64,000 nt of DNA from Eledone cirrhosa (taxonomy: Eukaryota), in assembly GCA_964016885.1 (NCBI GenBank), contig OZ024740.1, positions 253,146,001-253,210,000 of the forward strand, written 5' to 3'. Position numbers and translations under genes: made by a program. The stretch's first letter is position 1. Each line of letters starts with the position of its first letter. The notes below the pieces were generated by a model, which saw nothing but the letters and a program-made list of their open reading frames with translations, searched no databases and had not been told where the DNA came from. Shown here one piece after another: positions 25,798-37,843 of the stretch.

Positions 25798-28700
25798 CGG
25801 AAAAAATGAAACGATATTTCATTTCCCACTCTTAGTACGGCTGTTACTTAAATATAAGTATGTACACGTACATACATATATGTATACCGACGTACAGTAG
25901 TATGTATATATATATATATACATACATGCACACATATATATATGCACGTATGGATTCACCGAACATTTATTATAATGCTCGGTGTGTTTGTAAACAAACA
26001 TCCCGTATTAAGCCGTAGTGTCTAGCAACCACCGTTGCTCGTTTGTTCAACACTGACAAAGGAACGCTGTACTAGTTTCAAGCTTGTTAGCTATCGTCAG
26101 CAACGTATACCTTCCTGCCAGATTGTTGAACGTATATACTTACCTTATGCATATTAACGGCTGAGTAGCCCAATATGCATATCGAGTGGGTTAATCGGCC
26201 GGGTGCACCGAAAACGATAAACGGAAAAAATGAAACGATATTTCATTTCCCACTCTTAGTACGGCTGTTACTTAAATATAAGTATGTACACGTACATACA
26301 TATATGTATACCGACGTACAGTAGTATGTATATATATATATATACATACATGCACACATATATATATGCACGTATGGATTCACCGAACATTTATTATAAT
26401 GCTCGGTGTGTTTGTAAACAAACATCCCGTATTAAGCCGTAGTGTCTAGCAACCACCGTTGCTCGTTTGTTCAACACTGACAAAGGAACGCTGTACTAGT
26501 TTCAAGCTTGTTAGCTATCGTCAGCAACGTATACCTTCCTGCCAGATTGTTGAACGTATATACTTACCTTATGCATATTAACGGCTGAGTAGCCCAATAT
26601 GCATATCGAGTGGGTTAATCGGCCGGGTGCACCGAAAACGATAAACGGAAAAAATGAAACGATATTTCATTTCCCACTCTTAGTACGGCTGTTACTTAAA
26701 TATAAGTATGTACACGTACATACATATATGTATACCGACGTACAGTAGTATGTATATATATATATATACATACATGCACACATATATATATGCACGTATG
26801 GATTCACCGAACATTTATTATAATGCTCGGTGTGTTTGTAAACAAACATCCCGTATTAAGCCGTAGTGTCTAGCAACCACCGTTGCTCGTTTGTTCAACA
26901 CTGACAAAGGAACGCTGTACTAGTTTCAAGCTTGTTAGCTATCGTCAGCAACGTATACCTTCCTGCCAGATTGTTGAACGTATATACTTACCTTATGCAT
27001 ATTAACGGCTGAGTAGCCCAATATGCATATCGAGTGGGTTAATCGGCCGGGTGCACCGAAAACGATAAACGGAAAAAATGAAACGATATTTCATTTCCCA
27101 CTCTTAGTACGGCTGTTACTTAAATATAAGTATGTACACGTACATACATATATGTATACCGACGTACAGTAGTATGTATATATATATATATACATACATG
27201 CACACATATATATATGCACGTATGGATTCACCGAACATTTATTATAATGCTCGGTGTGTTTGTAAACAAACATCCCGTATTAAGCCGTAGTGTCTAGCAA
27301 CCACCGTTGCTCGTTTGTTCAACACTGACAAAGGAACGCTGTACTAGTTTCAAGCTTGTTAGCTATCGTCAGCAACGTATACCTTCCTGCCAGATTGTTG
27401 AACGTATATACTTACCTTATGCATATTAACGGCTGAGTAGCCCAATATGCATATCGAGTGGGTTAATCGGCCGGGTGCACCGAAAACGATAAACGGAAAA
27501 AATGAAACGATATTTCATTTCCCACTCTTAGTACGGCTGTTACTTAAATATAAGTATGTACACGTACATACATATATGTATACCGACGTACAGTAGTATG
27601 TATATATATATATATACATACATGCACACATATATATATGCACGTATGGATTCACCGAACATTTATTATAATGCTCGGTGTGTTTGTAAACAAACATCCC
27701 GTATTAAGCCGTAGTGTCTAGCAACCACCGTTGCTCGTTTGTTCAACACTGACAAAGGAACGCTGTACTAGTTTCAAGCTTGTTAGCTATCGTCAGCAAC
27801 GTATACCTTCCTGCCAGATTGTTGAACGTATATACTTACCTTATGCATATTAACGGCTGAGTAGCCCAATATGCATATCGAGTGGGTTAATCGGCCGGGT
27901 GCACCGAAAACGATAAACGGAAAAAATGAAACGATATTTCATTTCCCACTCTTAGTACGGCTGTTACTTAAATATAAGTATGTACACGTACATACATATA
28001 TGTATACCGACGTACAGTAGTATGTATATATATATATATACATACATGCACACATATATATATGCACGTATGGATTCACCGAACATTTATTATAATGCTC
28101 GGTGTGTTTGTAAACAAACATCCCGTATTAAGCCGTAGTGTCTAGCAACCACCGTTGCTCGTTTGTTCAACACTGACAAAGGAACGCTGTACTAGTTTCA
28201 AGCTTGTTAGCTATCGTCAGCAACGTATACCTTCCTGCCAGATTGTTGAACGTATATACTTACCTTATGCATATTAACGGCTGAGTAGCCCAATATGCAT
28301 ATCGAGTGGGTTAATCGGCCGGGTGCACCGAAAACGATAAACGGAAAAAATGAAACGATATTTCATTTCCCACTCTTAGTACGGCTGTTACTTAAATATA
28401 AGTATGTACACGTACATACATATATGTATACCGACGTACAGTAGTATGTATATATATATATATACATACATGCACACATATATATATGCACGTATGGATT
28501 CACCGAACATTTATTATAATGCTCGGTGTGTTTGTAAACAAACATCCCGTATTAAGCCGTAGTGTCTAGCAACCACCGTTGCTCGTTTGTTCAACACTGA
28601 CAAAGGAACGCTGTACTAGTTTCAAGCTTGTTAGCTATCGTCAGCAACGTATACCTTCCTGCCAGATTGTTGAACGTATATACTTACCTTATGCATATTA

Positions 28701-31700
28701 ACGGCTGAGTAGCCCAATATGCATATCGAGTGGGTTAATCGGCCGGGTGCACCGAAAACGATAAACGGAAAAAATGAAACGATATTTCATTTCCCACTCT
28801 TAGTACGGCTGTTACTTAAATATAAGTATGTACACGTACATACATATATGTATACCGACGTACAGTAGTATGTATATATATATATATACATACATGCACA
28901 CATATATATATGCACGTATGGATTCACCGAACATTTATTATAATGCTCGGTGTGTTTGTAAACAAACATCCCGTATTAAGCCGTAGTGTCTAGCAACCAC
29001 CGTTGCTCGTTTGTTCAACACTGACAAAGGAACGCTGTACTAGTTTCAAGCTTGTTAGCTATCGTCAGCAACGTATACCTTCCTGCCAGATTGTTGAACG
29101 TATATACTTACCTTATGCATATTAACGGCTGAGTAGCCCAATATGCATATCGAGTGGGTTAATCGGCCGGGTGCACCGAAAACGATAAACGGAAAAAATG
29201 AAACGATATTTCATTTCCCACTCTTAGTACGGCTGTTACTTAAATATAAGTATGTACACGTACATACATATATGTATACCGACGTACAGTAGTATGTATA
29301 TATATATATATACATACATGCACACATATATATATGCACGTATGGATTCACCGAACATTTATTATAATGCTCGGTGTGTTTGTAAACAAACATCCCGTAT
29401 TAAGCCGTAGTGTCTAGCAACCACCGTTGCTCGTTTGTTCAACACTGACAAAGGAACGCTGTACTAGTTTCAAGCTTGTTAGCTATCGTCAGCAACGTAT
29501 ACCTTCCTGCCAGATTGTTGAACGTATATACTTACCTTATGCATATTAACGGCTGAGTAGCCCAATATGCATATCGAGTGGGTTAATCGGCCGGGTGCAC
29601 CGAAAACGATAAACGGAAAAAATGAAACGATATTTCATTTCCCACTCTTAGTACGGCTGTTACTTAAATATAAGTATGTACACGTACATACATATATGTA
29701 TACCGACGTACAGTAGTATGTATATATATATATATACATACATGCACACATATATATATGCACGTATGGATTCACCGAACATTTATTATAATGCTCGGTG
29801 TGTTTGTAAACAAACATCCCGTATTAAGCCGTAGTGTCTAGCAACCACCGTTGCTCGTTTGTTCAACACTGACAAAGGAACGCTGTACTAGTTTCAAGCT
29901 TGTTAGCTATCGTCAGCAACGTATACCTTCCTGCCAGATTGTTGAACGTATATACTTACCTTATGCATATTAACGGCTGAGTAGCCCAATATGCATATCG
30001 AGTGGGTTAATCGGCCGGGTGCACCGAAAACGATAAACGGAAAAAATGAAACGATATTTCATTTCCCACTCTTAGTACGGCTGTTACTTAAATATAAGTA
30101 TGTACACGTACATACATATATGTATACCGACGTACAGTAGTATGTATATATATATATATACATACATGCACACATATATATATGCACGTATGGATTCACC
30201 GAACATTTATTATAATGCTCGGTGTGTTTGTAAACAAACATCCCGTATTAAGCCGTAGTGTCTAGCAACCACCGTTGCTCGTTTGTTCAACACTGACAAA
30301 GGAACGCTGTACTAGTTTCAAGCTTGTTAGCTATCGTCAGCAACGTATACCTTCCTGCCAGATTGTTGAACGTATATACTTACCTTATGCATATTAACGG
30401 CTGAGTAGCCCAATATGCATATCGAGTGGGTTAATCGGCCGGGTGCACCGAAAACGATAAACGGAAAATGAAACGATATTTCATTTCCCACTCTTAGTAC
30501 GGCTGTTACTTAAATATAAGTATGTACACGTACATACATATATGTATACCGACGTACAGTAGTATGTATATATATATATATATACATACATGCACACATA
30601 TATATATGCACGTATGGATTCACCGAACATTTATTATAATGCTCGGTGTGTTTGTAAACAAACATCCCGTATTAAGCCGTAGTGTCTAGCAACCACCGTT
30701 GCTCGTTTGTTCAACACTGACAAAGGAACGCTGTACTAGTTTCAAGCTTGTTAGCTATCGTCAGCAACGTATACCTTCCTGCCAGATTGTTGAACGTATA
30801 TACTTACCTTATGCATATTAACGGCTGAGTAGCCCAATATGCATATCGAGTGGGTTAATCGGCCGGGTGCACCGAAAACGATAAACGGAAAAAATGAAAC
30901 GATATTTCATTTCCCACTCTTAGTACGGCTGTTACTTAAATATAAGTATGTACACGTACATACATATATGTATACCGACGTACAGTAGTATGTATATATA
31001 TATATATACATACATGCACACATATATATATGCACGTATGGATTCACCGAACATTTATTATAATGCTCGGTGTGTTTGTAAACAAACATCCCGTATTAAG
31101 CCGTAGTGTCTAGCAACCACCGTTGCTCGTTTGTTCAACACTGACAAAGGAACGCTGTACTAGTTTCAAGCTTGTTAGCTATCGTCAGCAACGTATACCT
31201 TCCTGCCAGATTGTTGAACGTATATACTTACCTTATGCATATTAACGGCTGAGTAGCCCAATATGCATATCGAGTGGGTTAATCGGCCGGGTGCACCGAA
31301 AACGATAAACGGAAAAAATGAAACGATATTTCATTTCCCACTCTTAGTACGGCTGTTACTTAAATATAAGTATGTACACGTACATACATATATGTATACC
31401 GACGTACAGTAGTATGTATATATATATATATACATACATGCACACATATATATATGCACGTATGGATTCACCGAACATTTATTATAATGCTCGGTGTGTT
31501 TGTAAACAAACATCCCGTATTAAGCCGTAGTGTCTAGCAACCACCGTTGCTCGTTTGTTCAACACTGACAAAGGAACGCTGTACTAGTTTCAAGCTTGTT
31601 AGCTATCGTCAGCAACGTATACCTTCCTGCCAGATTGTTGAACGTATATACTTACCTTATGCATATTAACGGCTGAGTAGCCCAATATGCATATCGAGTG

Positions 31701-34521
31701 GGTTAATCGGCCGGGTGCACCGAAAACGATAAACGGAAAAAATGAAACGATATTTCATTTCCCACTCTTAGTACGGCTGTTACTTAAATATAAGTATGTA
31801 CACGTACATACATATATGTATACCGACGTACAGTAGTATGTATATATATATATATACATACATGCACACATATATATATGCACGTATGGATTCACCGAAC
31901 ATTTATTATAATGCTCGGTGTGTTTGTAAACAAACATCCCGTATTAAGCCGTAGTGTCTAGCAACCACCGTTGCTCGTTTGTTCAACACTGACAAAGGAA
32001 CGCTGTACTAGTTTCAAGCTTGTTAGCTATCGTCAGCAACGTATACCTTCCTGCCAGATTGTTGAACGTATATACTTACCTTATGCATATTAACGGCTGA
32101 GTAGCCCAATATGCATATCGAGTGGGTTAATCGGCCGGGTGCACCGAAAACGATAAACGGAAAAAATGAAACGATATTTCATTTCCCACTCTTAGTACGG
32201 CTGTTACTTAAATATAAGTATGTACACGTACATACATATATGTATACCGACGTACAGTAGTATGTATATATATATATATATACATACATGCACACATATA
32301 TATATGCACGTATGGATTCACCGAACATGTATTATAATGCTCGGTGTGTTTGTAAACAAACATCCCGTATTAAGCCGTAGTGTCTAGCAACCACCGTTGC
32401 TCGTTTGTTCAACACTGACAAAGGAACGCTGTACTAGTTTCAAGCTTGTTAGCTATCGTCAGCAACGTATACCTTCCTGCCAGATTGTTGAACGTATATA
32501 CTTACCTTATGCATATTAACGGCTGAGTAGCCCAATATGCATATCGAGTGGGTTAATCGGCCGGGTGCACCGAAAACGATAAACGGAAAAAATGAAACGA
32601 TATTTCATTTCCCACTCTTAGTACGGCTGTTACTTAAATATAAGTATGTACACGTACATACATATATGTATACCGACGTACAGTAGTATGTATATATATA
32701 TATATACATACATGCACACATATATATATGCACGTATGGATTCACCGAACATTTATTATAATGCTCGGTGTGTTTGTAAACAAACATCCCGTATTAAGCC
32801 GTAGTGTCTAGCAACCACCGTTGCTCGTTTGTTCAACACTGACAAAGGAACGCTGTACTAGTTTCAAGCTTGTTAGCTATCGTCAGCAACGTATACCTTC
32901 CTGCCAGATTGTTGAACGTATATACTTACCTTATGCATATTAACGGCTGAGTAGCCCAATATGCATATCGAGTGGGTTAATCGGCCGGGTGCACCGAAAA
33001 CGATAAACGGAAAAAATGAAACGATATTTCATTTCCCACTCTTAGTACGGCTGTTACTTAAATATAAGTATGTACACGTACATACATATATGTATACCGA
33101 CGTACAGTAGTATGTATATATATATATATACATACATGCACACATATATATATGCACGTATGGATTCACCGAACATTTATTATAATGCTCGGTGTGTTTG
33201 TAAACAAACATCCCGTATTAAGCCGTAGTGTCTAGCAACCACCGTTGCTCGTTTGTTCAACACTGACAAAGGAACGCTGTACTAGTTTCAAGCTTGTTAG
33301 CTATCGTCAGCAACGTATACCTTCCTGCCAGATTGTTGAACGTATATACTTACCTTATGCATATTAACGGCTGAGTAGCCCAATATGCATATCGAGTGGG
33401 TTAATCGGCCGGGTGCACCGAAAACGATAAACGGAAAAAATGAAACGATATTTCATTTCCCACTCTTAGTACGGCTGTTACTTAAATATAAGTATGTACA
33501 CGTACATACATATATGTATACCGACGTACAGTAGTATGTATATATATATATATACATACATGCACACATATATATATGCACGTATGGATTCACCGAACAT
33601 TTATTATAATGCTCGGTGTGTTTGTAAACAAACATCCCGTATTAAGCCGTAGTGTCTAGCAACCACCGTTGCTCGTTTGTTCAACACTGACAAAGGAACG
33701 CTGTACTAGTTTCAAGCTTGTTAGCTATCGTCAGCAACGTATACCTTCCTGCCAGATTGTTGAACGTATATACTTACCTTATGCATATTAACGGCTGAGT
33801 AGCCCAATATGCATATCGAGTGGGTTAATCGGCCGGGTGCACCGAAAACGATAAACGGAAAAAATGAAACGATATTTCATTTCCCACTCTTAGTACGGCT
33901 GTTACTTAAATATAAGTATGTACACGTACATACATATATGTATACCGACGTACAGTAGTATGTATATATATATATATACATACATGCACACATATATATA
34001 TGCACGTATGGATTCACCGAACATTTATTATAATGCTCGGTGTGTTTGTAAACAAACATCCCGTATTAAGCCGTAGTGTCTAGCAACCACCGTTGCTCGT
34101 TTGTTCAACACTGACAAAGGAACGCTGTACTAGTTTCAAGCTTGTTAGCTATCGTCAGCAACGTATACCTTCCTGCCAGATTGTTGAACGTATATACTTA
34201 CCTTATGCATATTAACGGCTGAGTAGCCCAATATGCATATCGAGTGGGTTAATCGGCCGGGTGCACCGAAAACGATAAACGGAAAAAATGAAACGATATT
34301 TCATTTCCCACTCTTAGTACGGCTGTTACTTAAATATAAGTATGTACACGTACATACATATATGTATACCGACGTACAGTAGTATGTATATATATATATA
34401 TACATACATGCACACATATATATATGCACGTATGGATTCACCGAACATTTATTATAATGCTCGGTGTGTTTGTAAACAAACATCCCGTATTAAGCCGTAG
34501 TGTCTAGCAACCACCGTTGCT
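25797..34521 (-). repeat. 424-bp HHR satellite, block 1 (~20.6 units, 20 HHRs on the minus strand)
   Basis: Exact 424-bp period in the ORF track; units almost identical. Confidence 0.97.
26064..26106 (-). ncRNA. Type I hammerhead ribozyme, first array copy (repeats every ~424 bp)
   Basis: Reverse complement: ACGUUG CUGACGA UAGCU AACA AGCUU GAAAC UA GUA^ CAGCGU. Confidence 0.87.
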
Positions 34522-34523
34522 AG

Positions 34524-37500
34524 TACTGTACGTCGGTATACATATATGTATGTACGTGTACATACTTATATTTAAGTAACAGCCGTACTAAGAGTGGGAA
34601 ATGAAATATCGTTTCATTTTTTTCCGTTTATCGTTTTCGGTGCACCCGGCCGATTAACCCACTCGATATGCATATTGGGCTACTCAGCCGTTAATATGCA
34701 TAAGGTAAGTATATACGTTCAACAATCTGGCAGGAAGGTATACGTTGCTGACGATAGCTAACAAGCTTGAAACTAGTACAGCGTTCCTTTGTCAGTGTTG
34801 AACAAACGAGCAACGGTGGTTGCTAGACACTACGGCTTAATACGGGATGTTTGTTTACAAACACACCGAGCATTATAATAAATGTTCGGGTGAATCCATA
34901 CGTGCATATATATATGTGTGCATGTATGTATATATATATATATACATACTACTGTACGTCGGTATACATATATGTATGTACGTGTACATACTTATATTTA
35001 AGTAACAGCCGTACTAAGAGTGGGAAATGAAATATCGTTTCATTTTTTCCGTTTATCGTTTTCGGTGCACCCGGCCGATTAACCCACTCGATATGCATAT
35101 TGGGCTACTCAGCCGTTAATATGCATAAGGTAAGTATATACGTTCAACAATCTGGCAGGAAGGTATACGTTGCTGACGATAGCTAACAAGCTTGAAACTA
35201 GTACAGCGTTCCTTTGTCAGTGTTGAACAAACGAGCAACGGTGGTTGCTAGACACTACGGCTTAATACGGGATGTTTGTTTACAAACACACCGAGCATTA
35301 TAATAAATGTTCGGTGAATCCATACGTGCATATATATATGTGTGCATGTATGTATATATATATATATACATACTACTGTACGTCGGTATACATATATGTA
35401 TGTACGTGTACATACTTATATTTAAGTAACAGCCGTACTAAGAGTGGGAAATGAAATATCGTTTCATTTTTTCCGTTTATCGTTTTCGGTGCACCCGGCC
35501 GATTAACCCACTCGATATGCATATTGGGCTACTCAGCCGTTAATATGCATAAGGTAAGTATATACGTTCAACAATCTGGCAGGAAGGTATACGTTGCTGA
35601 CGATAGCTAACAAGCTTGAAACTAGTACAGCGTTCCTTTGTCAGTGTTGAACAAACGAGCAACGGTGGTTGCTAGACACTACGGCTTAATACGGGATGTT
35701 TGTTTACAAACACACCGAGCATTATAATAAATGTTCGGTGAATCCATACGTGCATATATATATGTGTGCATGTATGTATATATATATATATACATACTAC
35801 TGTACGTCGGTATACATATATGTATGTACGTGTACATACTTATATTTAAGTAACAGCCGTACTAAGAGTGGGAAATGAAATATCGTTTCATTTTTTCCGT
35901 TTATCGTTTTCGGTGCACCCGGCCGATTAACCCACTCGATATGCATATTGGGCTACTCAGCCGTTAATATGCATAAGGTAAGTATATACGTTCAACAATC
36001 TGGCAGGAAGGTATACGTTGCTGACGATAGCTAACAAGCTTGAAACTAGTACAGCGTTCCTTTGTCAGTGTTGAACAAACGAGCAACGGTGGTTGCTAGA
36101 CACTACGGCTTAATACGGGATGTTTGTTTACAAACACACCGAGCATTATAATAAATGTTCGGTGAATCCATACGTGCATATATATATGTGTGCATGTATG
36201 TATATATATATATATACATACTACTGTACGTCGGTATACATATATGTATGTACGTGTACATACTTATATTTAAGTAACAGCCGTACTAAGAGTGGGAAAT
36301 GAAATATCGTTTCATTTTTTCCGTTTATCGTTTTCGGTGCACCCGGCCGATTAACCCACTCGATATGCATATTGGGCTACTCAGCCGTTAATATGCATAA
36401 GGTAAGTATATACGTTCAACAATCTGGCAGGAAGGTATACGTTGCTGACGATAGCTAACAAGCTTGAAACTAGTACAGCGTTCCTTTGTCAGTGTTGAAC
36501 AAACGAGCAACGGTGGTTGCTAGACACTACGGCTTAATACGGGATGTTTGTTTACAAACACACCGAGCATTATAATAAATGTTCGGTGAATCCATACGTG
36601 CATATATATATGTGTGCATGTATGTATATATATATATATATACATACTACTGTACGTCGGTATACATATATGTATGTACGTGTACATACTTATATTTAAG
36701 TAACAGCCGTACTAAGAGTGGGAAATGAAATATCGTTTCATTTTTTCCGTTTATCGTTTTCGGTGCACCCGGCCGATTAACCCACTCGATATGCATATTG
36801 GGCTACTCAGCCGTTAATATGCATAAGGTAAGTATATACGTTCAACAATCTGGCAGGAAGGTATACGTTGCTGACGATAGCTAACAAGCTTGAAACTAGT
36901 ACAGCGTTCCTTTGTCAGTGTTGAACAAACGAGCAACGGTGGTTGCTAGACACTACGGCTTAATACGGGATGTTTGTTTACAAACACACCGAGCATTATA
37001 ATAAATGTTCGGTGAATCCATACGTGCATATATATATGTGTGCATGTATGTATATATATATATATACATACTACTGTACGTCGGTATACATATATGTATG
37101 TACGTGTACATACTTATATTTAAGTAACAGCCGTACTAAGAGTGGGAAATGAAATATCGTTTCATTTTTTCCGTTTATCGTTTTCGGTGCACCCGGCCGA
37201 TTAACCCACTCGATATGCATATTGGGCTACTCAGCCGTTAATATGCATAAGGTAAGTATATACGTTCAACAATCTGGCAGGAAGGTATACGTTGCTGACG
37301 ATAGCTAACAAGCTTGAAACTAGTACAGCGTTCCTTTGTCAGTGTTGAACAAACGAGCAACGGTGGTTGCTAGACACTACGGCTTAATACGGGATGTTTG
37401 TTTACAAACACACCGAGCATTATAATAAATGTTCGGTGAATCCATACGTGCATATATATATGTGTGCATGTATGTATATATATATATATATACATACTAC

Positions 37501-37643
37501 TGTACGTCGGTATACATATATGTATGTACGTGTACATACTTATATTTAAGTAACAGCCGTACTAAGAGTGGGAAATGAAATATCGTTTCATTTTTTCCGT
37601 TTATCGTTTTCGGTGCACCCGGCCGATTAACCCACTCGATATG
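34524..37643 (+). repeat. 424-bp HHR satellite, block 2, inverted (~7.4 units, 7 HHRs on the plus strand)
   Basis: Reverse complement of the block 1 unit; HHRs at about 34742, 35167, 35591, 36015, 36439, 36865, 37289. Confidence 0.97.
35167..35209 (+). ncRNA. Type I hammerhead ribozyme, representative plus-strand copy; predicted cleavage after 35203
   Basis: CTGACGA 35173-35179, stem II 35180-35193, GAAAC 35194-35198, GTA 35201-35203; stem I extends to about 35142/35228. Confidence 0.87.
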
Positions 37644-37843
37644 NNNNNNNNNNNNNNNNNNNNNNNNNNNNNNNNNNNNNNNNNNNNNNNNNNNNNNNNN
37701 NNNNNNNNNNNNNNNNNNNNNNNNNNNNNNNNNNNNNNNNNNNNNNNNNNNNNNNNNNNNNNNNNNNNNNNNNNNNNNNNNNNNNNNNNNNNNNNNNNNN
37801 NNNNNNNNNNNNNNNNNNNNNNNNNNNNNNNNNNNNNNNNNNN
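37644..37843. other. Assembly gap (200 N)
   Basis: Run of N inside the satellite. Confidence 0.99.

Noticed and set aside
37644-37843. Second orientation switch as a biological inversion
   Set aside because: It coincides with a round 200-N scaffold gap, so orientation and distance are unverified.
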